This document shows, piece by piece, positions 25,728-39,940 of a stretch of 64,000 nt of DNA. Made by a program: the position numbers and the translations under genes. This DNA is from Phoronis australis (lineage: Eukaryota; Animalia; Phoronida). The notes below the pieces were generated by a model that searched no databases, was not told the origin of the DNA, and saw only the letters and a program-made list of their open reading frames with translations. The DNA is taken from contig NMRA01000202.1 in the NCBI GenBank assembly GCA_002633005.1, positions 291,516 to 355,515 of the forward strand, in the 5' to 3' direction. Each line of letters starts with the position of its first letter. Positions within the stretch are counted from its first letter, which is position 1.

Positions 25728-26201
25728 GTAAGGCATCGTTACAAACACACAGCAGTGGGGCGAGCTTTGACTCCCAGTACTACACATTAACTCACAGAAG
25801 TTCTCAAACCTTGATGCAAGCCTTATTCTGACTGCCAGCACATAGTCAGCTTGACGTAAGCTAAAATGTAGTCAAGCTTCTAACCCTATTCATTTGGCTT
25901 CCTTATTGTGACTTAACTACCTGGCTGATAGATGTTCATTATAGTGAACATTGCTGCTGTCAAATTGTTTGTAAACTTTGTGTGCATGTCTTTCAGTAGA
26001 AATGGTTGTACTTGTTTTAATTTTGAAATTTTGCGTAGTTACAGATGGAGATATTTTTTGCAATTCATCAAATTCATGGTATCTCACATTCAATTGGAAC
26101 TGGCATTTTGGGGCAAAACTGGCACTTGCTTATTAAACGCTGGTTCGCTTACACTATTTTCAAGCCAGAACTTTCAATTTTACATTTAATCGTAGCCATG
26201 A

Positions 26202-26651
26202 CAAGGTACCTAAACTACACGGTCAACGGACTCATAAACACAGGCATGGACGCATGAACACGACTCACGGACATGCAAACACCGTCCACTGACTCACAAA
26301 CACGGGAACGGACTCACAAAACACGATCCACGCACCCAAATACACGGGACACGGACTCATATTCACGAGGAAACACGGTTAACGGACCGCCAAACACGAG
26401 TCACGGACTCATTGGCTTCCTGGGTCAGCTGACATCTTCATTTTGTCCGTAAACCGTGTTTGGCAGTCCGTTAACCATGTTTCCTCGTGAATATGGGACC
26501 GTGTCCCATGTATTTGGGTGTGTGGATCGTGTTTTGTGATTCCGTTCCCGTGTTTGTGAGTCAGTGGACGGTGTTTGCTGGTCCGTGAGTCGTGTTCATG
26601 CGTCCGTGCCTGTGTTTATGAGTCCGTTGACCGTGTAGTTTAGGTACCTTG
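26202..26651. mobile_element. 450-bp foldback/palindromic non-autonomous DNA transposon with 5-bp TSD
   Basis: About 205-bp arms caaggtacctaaactacacgg.../...ccgtgtagtttaggtaccttg, about 35-bp spacer, catga at 26197-26201 and 26652-26656. Confidence 0.92.
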
Positions 26652-27482
26652 CATGAGCTGGTTCATTTAGACTTATGTAAAAGGTATGCAAACAACAGAA
26701 AGTGGGTCTAAAATATCAAATTTTCAAAACACTAACTTCTACAATATTGTAATGTTTGTACCCTAACTAATTAAAAATATTAATAGTAACACAACTTAGC
26801 GATGACAATTTGTATAATTTGTATTATCTATGAAACCTAGAAATTCATTGAAAATCTGCAAGACTGCTTAAGGCATTGACTGTTGATATGGTTCAACTAA
26901 TTAAATTGCTCATACTGCAGAGAATGGATTCCCTCCGACATGATGATGACTTTCTGGTGACAAAACTTGTTTACCCGAAATTTTGTGACATTTTGAGAAT
27001 TTTGTGACATTATGAAAAATTTGCTGACGAACCAAATAGGTCGTTAGTGCTTTGTTGAGTTTATAGTATGCTTCATTTAGTGGTCGTTCATTTTTCACAA
27101 TTTGCCAATAAATATAATTGTCTCACATGTTTGACAAAAGCATTGTTGGTGCGACTTAACATGCCATGTATAAAGCACCAAAATGAGGTGACAATTGGGG
27201 CTCATCTGTGACATTTTAATTTTTTTTGTGATAAATTATGACTTATCATTAAATAATCATGAATGCATTCTCAGAAGTTATTACCTGCATTGTTTCAGGG
27301 TACCTCTGCTTTAAGTTTGCATCATGATAGTATATAGTCTGCTGAATCAACTGTTTGAATTCCATTTGATAAATTCAGTAGTTGTTCATAGAAATACAGT
27401 GTAGGCTTGGAGACTGGTGTGTAATTGCATTTTAGTGTTATAGATAATTTTCCATTTGAGATAAAAGTGCAATATCTTGTAG

Positions 27483-27806
27483 ATCACCATAAGTGGACAG
27501 CTGTATGTCAGTAGTCGCTTGTCTCAACATCTTGAGGTCAAGCTAATGACCTCGGGTCACGAAAGGTCATCTGTACTGGGCTCCTGCCAGACTGTGGCAA
27601 GTTATGTGGTCAATCCTGCAGACATCGAGTCACTGAAAGTGCGGTTACTGGGGATTAAGAAACCATGGTCCCACGAAATCGCCATAGCAGGAGAAAAGGG
27701 CAAGGACCACCGATTAGTCAAGATTCCAATCGGTAGCAAGAGTGCCTACATTCATATTTGGTGCAGCGTTGTGACCCGAGAGCTGGCTGGTGTTCAACAA
27801 ATACTG
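27483..27806 (+). CDS. VPS13B: VPS13B exon w30
   Basis: ttgtag| ITISGQLYVSSRL...IHIWCSVV |gtcagt, 324 nt, phase 0-0. Confidence 0.88.
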
Positions 27807-28719
27807 GTCAGTGTGTATCTCAAGTTTATTAATCCAGAGGTCTCTTCTAAGTTTTAGTTGGGTTTGTGTGTAACAATTAAGAACTCCATCACAGGGTTCT
27901 CATAAATGAAAAATTTCACTGACTATTATCTTGGCTGCCATAGTGGTTGTCTATATTACAAACATTTTTCTGGAAAATTTCTGTCTGGCATGATTACGCA
28001 GTATAAAAATGCAGTCTCGAAGGTGATATCAGCAATATCTCTCTCCCCTGGTCCATATGATCTGATAGACCCTGGGGATCAGTATTTTGTTTTAATTTTA
28101 ATTATTAAGTGATGCCTCTTTCCTCTGATTTTTCGTCTCTTATTAGATTAGTTTTTCGATACTGTATTCTGATGTACCAGCTGTGTCTACTCGCTTTGTG
28201 GTCAGAGATTTTGGTTTCTACACCTGAATGGTCATATCGCAAATAGCGACATCTGTTGTCCAGGTGGCATAAATCAAAGTGACATTCCACTTTAAGGTGG
28301 CCAATGTTACACTACATGGAAGTTTAAGCCAATCAGAGGACAGAAATACCAGTGGTCGTGTAATTTAATATATTGCTCAAAATAATCCTTATGAGCTGCC
28401 TAATTCTGTGTACCCTATGGATCAAAACTCCTTCCACCATTTCAAAACGTGGAGTCGTTTATTTATTCAATGAAAAGCTTGACCTTGATAAACATTATTC
28501 CATCATGTATTGTCTACAACCAGAAACCTGGGCAACAAATCAGTGAATTAAAGCACTGAGTGTTCCCTAAACACTAGACAAGTTCTCAGTTGACGAATGC
28601 TCCATCAAAAACTTTTTGAGATGTTTACTATTGAGTTTCATTTTTCCGTTCACATTCAATTGGTCGTTTTAGAATAAGGTATTGATTACATCCATGATAA
28701 ACATGCATCTTGGTTACAG

Positions 28720-28895
28720 GTCCTATTGACACCTTTGTTTGTGATGCAATCTTACCTACCATTTCCACTCTTTATGAACATTGTAACACCACGGACACAG
28801 AGCACATACCAAGTTACTGTTGAAGGTTTCGGAGTTGAGAGAGAGCTTGTTGGCATACCGGGAGACAGGGACCATACAATATCATTTCAAACTAG
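28720..28895 (+). CDS. VPS13B: VPS13B exon w31
   Basis: VLLTPLFVMQSYLP...HTISFQ |gtgagt, phase 0-2. Confidence 0.9.
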
Positions 28896-29682
28896 GTGAG
28901 TTTTCTTGTATAAGTGATCTGCATTTATGAGATGAATCAGTGGATAGTTCTGACAAGTACTGTTATGCCAGGTCCATCATAGTTAAAGTCACAAAGTTCC
29001 ATGTATGAAGCGAATATGGTGGAAGTAGCCTGTATATTTTTTACTACAACCAGATTCTTTTGATGTGTTCCCGATCATATTTCACAGAATCTGTTTCGGG
29101 TATGAATCAAGTCACACAATCACAAAAGGCCATGGGAAAAGTTAACTGTTACACAGATACTGTCAAGTTTTGGATGACTAACACTGCCAGTGACACCTAG
29201 AGGCATTTATTAAATAATTGATGCCCTTTCTGGTAAAGTGCTTCAAATAATAAACCCCATAGTATATTTGCTCTCTACTCTATGTACTTATACTTGTTTG
29301 TAGTACTAAACCATTTGAATGAGGAAAATTTTGCATGTCACATTTCTCACCGAACCACCTTTTCAAAAACCCAGTGGAACCCCTGAACATTAAGAATGCA
29401 ACTTCAACAAGCATCTCGTTTGGCCCATTTCGCTTCGCCTTCATCCAGGACTCGTTCCACATGGTCTGATACATGCGCCATCTGTGGTTCCGTTTAACCT
29501 TAAATATTTACTGTGTGGTGAATGTTGGTCAGGTCCAGAGTGAACACTAGCAAGTTACTACTGCAGTAATATGACTGTCTTAATTATCTTAAGGTCATGG
29601 CTCTCTATTCTGGTTTAAGCAATGGGAAACTGGCTTAAGGGAAATGAGTGGTATGGTTATTTGTTGTTATCTCTTATTTTAG

Positions 29683-29850
29683 TGTCAACTCTGAGGAAAG
29701 TCCCCCAGCCATGCTGACCTCTGGTCACATAAGCCAGGTCAAGTGTAGTCAGTTGACCAGTGACCAGTCCTTTGAACAGCTGTGCTACAGGTGGGAGAAG
29801 CCTGCAGACAAGTGTAATGAAGTGTTTAATAACGGCTTTGATGTTGTCGG
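29683..29850 (+). CDS. VPS13B: VPS13B exon w32
   Basis: attttag|...|gtaagt, phase 2-2. Confidence 0.82.
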
Positions 29851-30181
29851 GTAAGTCTTGTGAAATGAGTAAATGAATCTGTTTCTTTTGGTGGTCATTT
29901 CTACGTAAGTGTTCAAAAAGCCAGTCCTCATTGAACACCAGTCTGGTAGTCACCACATGCTTTCTTATTTACTGAATTTCGCTTTTAATTATTAAATCAA
30001 ATTGCCCCCTATCTCATCATGTTGTCTGTTGAGTTCTGAAATGAATTACAAGACTAATTTCTAGTTAAAATAATTACTCTATTTTTCATGATAGTGCTGT
30101 GGTAGGGGTGGTCAAACTTATGAAATTGTAGTTGCAATTCAATGTGAATTAAAGCTGTCAACTAGTCCTGGCCTTTTCTAG

Positions 30182-30410
30182 TCCACACCTTGAAGGCCTG
30201 ATGGACAGCCATGAGGGCAGCATCATACCAAATATGGACATCACACTGGACTACAGACAGATGTGGCCAGGTTGCAACACACTGTTGATAGAGACTGCCC
30301 CACCCTATCTGATGGTCAACAAAACTAACCTGGACATTACCCTCTGTCAGGAAGGGCTTCCTAATGCTATCGTCAAAGGCAAGAAATATTACGTACCATC
30401 TTTACCTCAG
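30182..30410 (+). CDS. VPS13B: VPS13B exon w33
   Basis: WPGCNTLLIETAPPYLMVNKT; phase 2-0. Confidence 0.9.
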
Positions 30411-31243
30411 GTAAGCATGAAAATAGACTGCTAAATTCTGTGATAAATAAATAATATGTTAAACCATCTCCTCACGTAAGCATCAAGGTTGTTGTGATAC
30501 TTCAGAACCCACTTCCCATTTTGTCATCGAGATTACCTATCTTGTCATCAATACTCCACACTTTCATTGCCACACTTATGTGTAAGCACGTACTGTTCAA
30601 TGCTGCCATCAATGGGAGTGGGAAATGGTATTTTGTCTGATTACTTTGAGGTGTATTTTTGTGTCATTATGACGGGTAAGTGTAAGGAGAGACTGCTAAT
30701 ACGTCATCAAAGGGACCAATTATATGAAATAGGATACTGAGAGGTATTTATGTTTGAGGTATTGCCACAGTTAGCTAATGTAGAACACATTATATATCTT
30801 GTCATTAAAAATTAATGTTTAATTGTATCAGGTGAATTTTATGAGACATATGCGGGCACTTGAACTTTTCAACTATCGCTAGCTGTGGCTGTCATCAGAA
30901 TGATGGTAATCAATTGTGTCTCATCAAATTTACTTTATATACTTTAGAGTAAAATTGTTTTGTAAATGACCTGATTTGTATGTGCTGCCATGATCGTCTG
31001 GTTACTCAAAGTGATTTTAGCACATATAATGTGAAAGTTGGGAAGCCAATTTTTTACCAATACTATGACTGAAGATAATTTACTTAACTAATGTACAAGA
31101 GGGTAGACAACATGGAGAAAACTGCCGGCAGGTTGCTCCAGATTTTTGCATGTTTTAACATGGTCTAAATTTTGAATATAGATGTTCTAGACTTGTGCGT
31201 TGCTTCTGTGATTCAGTTATCAAATGTCTTGTCTCTTTTGCAG

Positions 31244-31411
31244 GGGAAGTTCCAGCTAGGGCTAGTGGTCAACAGTGACCTCTATTGTTCACCGTTAATT
31301 GAACTTTCCCATGATGACCCCTCTCATCGGACGTACCTCCCTCGTGTTCAAGGACTACTGTACAAAACTGGTCACACTCACTGCACCATATACATCAAAG
31401 ACCAACACAAG
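31244..31411 (+). CDS. VPS13B: VPS13B exon w34
   Basis: GKFQLGLVV...CSPLIEL; phase 0-0. Confidence 0.87.
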
Positions 31412-31729
31412 GTGAAAAATGCTCTAAAAATTAATTTGCCTGTATTAAAAAGATGTGCATTTAGGTCACTTGTCATGATTATAAATCGGTTCTCTAACTG
31501 TTCCTTTCTCAGTGTCAGTGTGATCTTTCTGGGATTGGGAATGACTGACAAAGAATAAGGGTTGGATATCACTTGACATCATGTTCTGTCAATACTGTTT
31601 GACCCAGCTGGTGACTTTAGTGATTTCTAGCAAGAACATTTATAGGTGATACCTAGTAAACTCTTAAGGAACAGGTTTAGGATTAGTAAATAGACTAAAA
31701 TCAAAACTCAGGTTTTTGGCAGAATGTCA

Positions 31730-32455
31730 TTATGCGGCCACATATTTATATGTGGTCGCATATTGCAGTCATCTGCCTAGGCGTCCAGCGTCCGCGGCTA
31801 TATCTTCTAAACCCTCACAGGATGTTGATGAGGTTTGGCAGAATACGTTCCTATGAAGCTGACAACGAATGACAACAAATTTCTGACCTCTCCGACCAGT
31901 GTGCCCCCTAGTGCCAACTTTCAATTTTACATCTATCTTCAAATGCCCTCTAGGGATTTTCATACAATTTGGCAGGTAGGCATCTATTAGTCATCCTCTG
32001 GTTTTCAGTATTTTGCGCCACCTAGTGGCCATTTTTTAACTGTTTTAGAGTCTTGTCATTTGGCATCTGCCCCTCTGTCAATCAAACCACTCTATGCCTG
32101 GATGATTGTGGAAATTGGCATGTATGTTTCTAATATGAAGAGGAAGTCTGACGATGATTTTCTGATGACTTCATCTACTGTGGCGCCTCTTATTGGCAGT
32201 TACTATGTTTTTTGCGCCTATAGCCTCCTAGTGGCAATTTCATTTTTTTCATTTTCCTCGGTTTCTCAGGAGTTCTTTGACAGATTTCTATAAAATTTGG
32301 TAAATAGGTTTGACGACACATTCCAGTTTTTGGATGGATTCAACGTATTTTGCCTCATCTAGTGGCCATTTTTATGTTCTAAATAAACACCCCTAGAAGC
32401 ACACCGTATGCAGTGCATTCGTGAGTGCATTTCAACGCTCTGCGTTGCTGTTATT
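31730..32455 (+). mobile_element. Near-complete HINE-like element
   Basis: 5' IR gcggccacatat/atatgtggtcgc, internal subrepeats, 3' subTIR-like gtgagtgcat plus hairpin caacgc-tct-gcgttg, T-rich flanks. Confidence 0.72.
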
Positions 32456-32905
32456 TAATATATTGATTGAATGCTTTTCAGTTTTGCGCTGATGTCAAAA
32501 AATGTTGAAAAAGTTTTCTAACTTCATTATAATCCTTCAGTGTTGGAGGCGATAGGTTGCCCTTGTTACCTAGGACTGTTCTTACATGATCATGGAATCT
32601 ATAATATGTGTAACTATGAAAAAAAGTAATGTCAAGGTGTTCATAGTCACATAGTTGTGTTTCTTTCCAAGAAAATGTTACTCTTCATGGAAATTGCTTG
32701 CAAATTCTGTTTCTTGTGTGTCTAGGATTTTCGTTTAAAGGTTGGCGTTTTTAGCCCAAGAGCTCGGCTGTCAAAAATTCAACTACACTTATGATCACAG
32801 GCATGCTAACAGAATGAAGAAACAAAATTTGCATGTTTTTGTTTCATTCACAAAAAGTCAAATGTTTGCCGAAATTATGGTGATATCCTGCTTTCTTGAT
32901 TACAG

Positions 32906-33046
32906 GTGTGTTACCTGACCGTATCATCGCAGGTGGGCCCATCATCATTTCGTGTCCTAACCATCTCAGAGAGGTTTATCATCTCGCTGGAATCCTGTCG
33001 TAGACTGTTTGTTCAAAACTGTGTTTTGTTGCAAGGAAAAGAAAAG
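32906..33046 (+). CDS. VPS13B: VPS13B exon w35
   Basis: VCYLTVSSQV...RVLTISERFII; |gtaccc, phase 0-0. Confidence 0.87.
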
Positions 33047-33228
33047 GTACCCAGCTTAGATAATGTGCCTTGTTTCTTGGTCAATGCAGATTTAGTTACA
33101 ATACGTTTCCATCTTCAGAATTTAACAGATGAATTATATTTTCTCAGTTGTAGCTGTAATTATATTATTAAAATAATACATTTACTAGCGCTAAGGTATA
33201 CACATTACGCCTATCGTCTGACTTTCAG

Positions 33229-33838
33229 CTAACAGTCAGTAGCAGCTTCACCAGCCTCCCTTTAGGACTCTCATCTTCCCAACACAAGACCAAGTCAAGC
33301 AGGCCTAGGGTTGACCCAATGCCCATGTGGTGCCTTCCTCCAGCACAGTCAGCCAGTGCTGATCTCAACACCAGTTGGTCTGAAGACTGTGTTCACTATG
33401 TACGGTTCTGTCTCGAGGTGGAGCCACACGCCCCGTCGTCTGCTCGTAAACGGTTATTCTCTGAGCAGTCAGTTACAGAGAAATCTGCTTCAACTCCTCC
33501 AGCTGAGGAGAGCTCACCACATGCTGTTTCTCATGGTTCCTCCCTGTCCTCTGATGTCCATAATTCAGTTGACTCAAGAGACCAGTCAGACGACTGTGAC
33601 TTTGCCTGGAGTCATGTGGTTCGTGTAATGACCAGTGACAAGCCGACCAGGTCCTGCTTCAGTGTTCCTATGATGGGTGTCCGTCACTGGCGGTCCGTGC
33701 CATTTCTGTTAGTTTGTCAAGAACACGAAGGTATTACATACTTGACCATCAAGGAGGAATCGACCTCTTCATTGTGTCTCCACAACAACTGTCCATTCTC
33801 CCTGAACTTTGGGCAAACCAATATCACAGACTACTCAG
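33229..33838 (+). CDS. VPS13B: VPS13B exon w36
   Basis: ctttcag| in frame with ORF 33319; EHEGITYLTI...LHNNCPF...FGQ; phase 0-1. Confidence 0.88.
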
Positions 33839-34805
33839 GTAGGATTCATTTTTTTCGGCTACCACTGTCTAAATTTCTTACTTGTTAGGTTGAAACCAAA
33901 ATTAGTAATGTAGTTTTCAAGGCATGTTGCACAACTGTCGTACAAAAACCAGCTAGTGAATAGACCTCTTATCATGATTATGAAATCAGTCCATTGCTCC
34001 TTAAGTTTGTTTAGTATGGAGGTGATTCTGGGCTTTGAAGGCACCAATAGTTATTATAACTTGAGACCAGGCTCTACAACTTCAGTTGTCACGTGTCATT
34101 TTATGCACTGGAAATCATTTCAAGGAATTACAAACTGCCAGTTCTTTGTAAACGTAGAAATCACTTCCCATCTGAGTAAGGAGCACGTTGAAACCAATTC
34201 TGTGGTAAGTGGAATAAATCAAAAGTCAAAATTTCAGCACTCTCATGTAGTTTGCAGTCAGGAGTTCTGAAATGATGGTAACGGCTTTTCATGGAATGTA
34301 CCAAAAGAGAATCAAACAAAAGTCATCAAAGATCAAAACAATAAACATTCGCTAGTGAAGCTTTTCACAAAACATGAAATCTTGGCTGAAATTGTTGCGA
34401 GTGGACTTTTTTGTTTTCCATTTTTATCGGTGTGCATAGGTCTCAAAATGAGTATGGGTAAAGACCAGAGCTAATTTTGCTTTGTTTGGCCTATTATGAC
34501 CCCCAAACACATAATGTCATACACCAATGGGTGATACTGCACAGAGTGTGTAACATTATGCTGTGTCTGCTTAGTGCTTCATAGATGTCCTCTTTAATTG
34601 ATATTTCCTACACAAACAATCTTTGATTGTTGGATAGTGTAAAGTGCTCTTATGTATCTTGTCATAAACGGACATTAAGATGACACTCATGTTTTAATAT
34701 ATTTTTAGAGACAGAACTGACTAGTATTTCTCTATCATGAATTGCCTAACTGAGAAAATCCCCATTTTTCATTAAACAACACCTAATTCTGGCATTTGTT
34801 TGCAG

Positions 34806-35990
34806 TGGAGACATCTGTCCACGAGGAGATGGAACTATTCAATGATCTCCCCCTGCTCTGCCCCCACAGTTCAGTGCATTACACATTTCCCGCAGTGACA
34901 GCACAATTCCCCACACTCAGCGTGACCTCAGCTGGGGTCAAGCTTCACCTGACCTTGGCAGGTCAAAGTTCACGGCATCCGTGGAGCATGGGCATCGATG
35001 TCACCAGTGAGAGGACACAGTTTGTTCATATACCGGCTGCAGTGGATGTGCAAGTAAATATACGGACCGAGGGTTTCTGTCAACATGTGCATATCGAGCC
35101 AGCCAGCCGAGCTGAGGTGTCTGCTAAGGAAATCAGGAGTCGCATCGGTGGTAAGGAGACTTCTGTGCTGATAGAGTCTCCCAGATCAACTCCAGAAAGA
35201 GATGATACCACTCAACATACAGCATCACCAGGAAAGGAAGAAGTTAAGAAGAAAGCTGCAGAGGAACCTAAACTCAACTTGTCCGTGCTGGTCGCTTTCA
35301 AATCACTATGCTTCATTCTACAAGATGAGTGTAGTATTCCGTTGGAGATGTTTGATGTGGTGCGCATGACAGCCAGCGACCTGGTCATGGCTCACCGGCC
35401 ACACACTCCTGATGTTGCCATGGTGATGGTGTCCATGAGTCACTTGCAGGTGGACAACCAACTGTTTAGTAGAGAGAACTTTGATTTCCCTGTGGTGCTA
35501 CTACCTCAAGCCTCACTCCAGCCATTCAATTACCAGGTAGACTGGGATCACATCCAGCAGGCTTCATCTCAGGGATTGCTATCTGTACAGTGTATGCTGA
35601 ACTCTGGCTCATTAGAAAGTTTTGCAGTCAACTGTCGACCACTCTGTCTATATTTTGAAGATAAGTTCATTTACGCTGTTCTTAAAAAGATTGAAACTTT
35701 AGTTCCTGTACCAATGTCTGCTAGGAAGAGTGCCTGTAGCCAAGCTCACCTACCTTCGAGGGTTGTTAATACAGCTTGTATATTATGTCATCCTGTCCAG
35801 TTGAAGTCCATCACTTTTGACCAGTTGACCGTTCTCATGAGTGTGCACGCTTCTCTCAAGCTTTTCATCGCAACTGACCATGCCCCCCTAACTTTTGGAA
35901 GGTTTCACCATGACAACGTGATGACGACAACAGATCAGCTGTTGAGGGCTGTGACCATGCACTATGTGTCTGGGGCTCTCTACAGGGCAG
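34806..35990 (+). CDS. VPS13B: VPS13B exon w37 (1185 nt)
   Basis: RAEVSAKEIRSR, LQVDNQL, FDFPVVL, VHASLKLFIATDHAPL, MHYVSGALYRAG: VPS13 C-terminal motifs of VPS13B type. Confidence 0.97.
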
Positions 35991-37730
35991 GTGAGATTGT
36001 TTTGGTTTTTGATTCTTGCTTTTTAGTTATCTACATTTGATGCTGTCTATCATAGACTTCACTTGATGTTTTTCTCTGTCCAGGCATCTGTATAGTGAAT
36101 GGATAGAAATTTTTGAAGACTAGTTTTAGGACCAGCGCAGATGGATAGCTATGAGCTGGGTTGTGCCTTCCTCAAATGAATCATACCTGCTACGGTGAGA
36201 ATGTCTGAACGGAGTAGAGTATGGTTATTACAATTGTTGTAATTCCGCTCATTGTTATGAGTTGTCGACTCGGCTATGGTTCACATGAGGCAGTCCGCTC
36301 ATCTCTTACCTATCCTTCTTCAAAGTTACTTAGATCAAATCATATCTGAATATTTCAAGATTTGTTGGCCCAGTTTAACCCAATGCAAGTCCCAAGTCAC
36401 CTGATTTTATTAAACTAGTTTTCTATACTAACTATTATGTACTTGGATCCAGAGTGTAATCATTTAGTTTACAGAGAGATGCTGTTTTACATTGCACATA
36501 AACATTAAATAATGAAGTCATTATTATCTGTTAGTATTTTATAAGACGAAACATAGCCTTATCAAGAGTGAAATGTGTCCAACTAGTGTAATTGCATGAA
36601 AAGAAATCCAGCAAGCCTAGTGAGGAAAAATACCCACAGTTCATATTGGTGTAGACTGGAGCTATGAGCTCAGCTCACTTGCATTGGAGGTGTGTAGCTC
36701 TTTGTCTGTGTTGGGCTTTACTATCAATGTTAAATTGTTGCAATACTTTTTCTCCAGCATGACAAGTTACTCTGATGGTAAATTTTGCCGTCATGATGGC
36801 AAATTAGATGTCATTTTTTGATATTTCACGAGGCCAATGACATGAAAGATCCTGCGGAGAGGTCACTAAACTGAAACACTGACTCATTCAGCTTTGAGTT
36901 GAGGTAGACATCAGACAAGTCACACTAAACTAAGTCTTGTGGGATATTAATTTTGATGTTTACTTTGGAATAAATTTTTACAAAATTATTGGCTATTGCA
37001 TGATATTGTGGCTTTTTGTTTGCTGTTGTTGAACAGTGCCTGGAGATTGTGGGTAGAATATAATTATCAAATGAATAATTAGTTGGCAAGTCAGTGTCGC
37101 ATGTTTTGTCCTGGTTTGCAAGTCTAGAGGCAGTGTATCTTGCATTGTCACAAAGTGTTCATGAAATCACTGCATTGCCTTTGAATATCTGTGAACTGTA
37201 ATGGAGTTCATTCAGGGCTTTGCTATTTAAAACATATGGGGTAACGAACCAATTATCTTCTAAGCCAGGACCATAAACCCTTTGTTAACCTGTGTCTATG
37301 TACACAGGCCTACTGGGATATCTGTGTGACTAAAAGCGAGTCTCACAAGAACTACTTTCAATTCACTGACCTTGTATGTCAATTTCAAAGGGCCCATTGT
37401 GTGTGAACACCCACTGGAGATGATTGATTTTGGTCCACAGAATTCTAAGCCGCTATAGGGACTAGTTACCCCCTCGTAGCTGAAAATGGTTCGTTGTATT
37501 AAACTGAGCATACAATGCCTGAATTAGTAAAATCCATCATCATTCTGTTTTCTAAATAAGTGCCGACTGCATTTTTTCATTGATTTGTCAAAAAAGTCGT
37601 GTTCTGTTTGTTAACGATGAAAATTGAAGTATTTTTAAATTAAAAACACTGGACAAAAAGTAGTTGTTTTCTCAATGAGGGAGAAATAGGATTTGTCTAA
37701 TGTTGCTGATGCTTGAAATGTCTGTTTCAG

Positions 37731-37907
37731 GTTGGGTCGTTGGTTCCCTGGAGATCCTGGGTAACCCGACCAGCTTGGTGCGTAACGTCAGTCAAGGCGT
37801 GGGGGACCTGCTGTGGTTACCATACAGTGGCCTAACCCAGGGGCCTGGAGCGTTCATGTCAGGGGTGTCACAGGGAGTAGGCTCACTTATCAGGAACATA
37901 TCAGCTG
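37731..37907 (+). CDS. VPS13B: VPS13B exon w38
   Basis: GWVVGSLEILGNP...LPYSGLTQGPGAFMSGV; phase 1-1. Confidence 0.97.
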
Positions 37908-38029
37908 GTGAGATATTATGAAATATTTGTTGTAAGACAGTGTACATGTGCATGCATTTAAATTGCACACGGGGCAGAGAAGTGAATCGATTTATAGAGT
38001 TTGTTGACTTTTATCTTAAGTCGTTCTTT

Positions 38030-39940
38030 TGTGTACTCACCTGCATATTGCCGCCATCTCTGTCTGGATGTCCGGCATCTGCCGCTGTATGTTTTAATTA
38101 AACCTGCTGCAAGGTCCTAATGAAATTTCAATTGGCAGATGTGTAGCCAAAAGATGATGACAATGAGTTTCAGACCGATCTAATTGCTACTCTGCCCCCT
38201 AGTGGCAATTTTAGTGTAAAAAATTTTACATTAGTTTTTGTGAAATTTAATGGATATCTTTCCTTTATTTATTTGTACACATGACCATCAGCCCAAAGTA
38301 TAACAAACAAACAAACAAGCAAGATCATTGGAATGCTATGCACACTAGTCAGCAATACACAAGCTGTTCCGTTTTTTAGATGCGTAGTATACATATTTCA
38401 CAACTGAGGTATCGGTATTACATGTATAGCAGTCTATGAAATTTAAACAAAGAGGGACTTGTCCAGAGGCTCTCTCTTAGAAACACAGGGTATCTGCCAC
38501 ATTCACCCAATAATGCAGCGTTAGAGCAAGAACCGTCTAGTTCCAGGGTCTATTTGCAAAATTTTAAATTAATTTTTTCTAAATACTCGTATTCTTTTAA
38601 ACCCCAAATCTCAGCACCATAACACAATGTTGGATACACCAGTTTATCAAATAACTGAAAGGCAAGTGATGGGGGCATATCGCAACATCTGCGCTGTAGT
38701 TTCAAAATACGTGATGCAGCTTTATTTGCTTGACAAGAGAGAGTTTTTGTCGCTTTCGACCATGATAGTTTAGGTGTGATAAAAACACCAAGATATTTAT
38801 AATGAGATACAGCATCAACTTGCTGTTTTTAAAAAAAAAACAAATTTTATAATAATTTTTGTGAAATTTATTGGATATTCTCCTATGGAGATGATAACGA
38901 TTGACAACAGGTTTCAAGCCAAACTGACTACATCTGTGTCCCCTATTATTTGCCTCTGTGTCTTTGTAATTCACGGGTGGACTTTTGTTAAATTTAGCAA
39001 ATAGGTATGTGTTAAGGACACAGCAATGCTTTTCCATTTTTGAACGGATTCTCTGCTTCACATAGTGAACACATTTATTATTTTGAGTCCGTTTTTGGCA
39101 TCCGCTAAACTGCTCAAAGGACCATTATGAAACTCAGCAGTAAACGGGTTTCTGATGAAAATTCCAGGGCTGTTGGGGATTTTTGGATGGGTCTGACAAC
39201 TGGGTGTTCCTGGTGGCAAATGTGTATTATTTGCAACCATTGCTGCAGCCCATGATTCATTTGCAAGAATTTGTGAACTTTTGCAGGGTTTTTCCGGAAA
39301 ATGAGACAATGGCTCATTGCTTTTTGGAGGCTCTGACTAAGACTGTACTCCCTTTAGTGTTCCTTGACAGACTTTCATGAAATTTGGAAAACAAGTTTCT
39401 ATTATGCACCTTTCCGTATTGGGATGGATTCGATGGATTCTGCGCCACCTAGAGGCCATTTTAATCATTTATTATTTATTTTTTTGCCATCCGCCAAACC
39501 ACTCCGACCTGTTGCAACTGACAACAGCAAAAGTGAGGTGGATTAAATCCATCTGAAAAAATTTCAGATGGATCAAAGTACTGTACAGTGGTTCCCCTAG
39601 TGACATGTTTTTCGCAGTTGAGGCTTTATGTACTAAATCCCTTGTAATATCACAATCCTATTACCTTGACTGCAGATGGATGAACTCTACTCCTCTGGGC
39701 CTCCTAGTGGGAGTTTGTTTTTTTATTTCTGTCTCTGTATATTTGGAGTTCTTTGGCAGATTTTCATTAATCTTGGCAAAACATTTTTATTAGAGAGATG
39801 ACGACACTTTCTTAATTTCGGACAGGTTCGATGTAATGTGCACCATCTAATGGCCACTTTTTTAAACTAAAACACGCCTAAAAGCATACTGTTTACGGTG
39901 CAGTTGTGGGCACATTTCAATGCTCCATGTTGCTGTAGTT
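38030..39940 (+). mobile_element. Composite or tandem degraded HINE-like copies
   Basis: 5' block similar to the 621 copy; 3'-end motifs near 38670-38701 and 39905-39940 (tgtgggcacatttcaatgctccatgttgctgtagtt). Confidence 0.6.
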
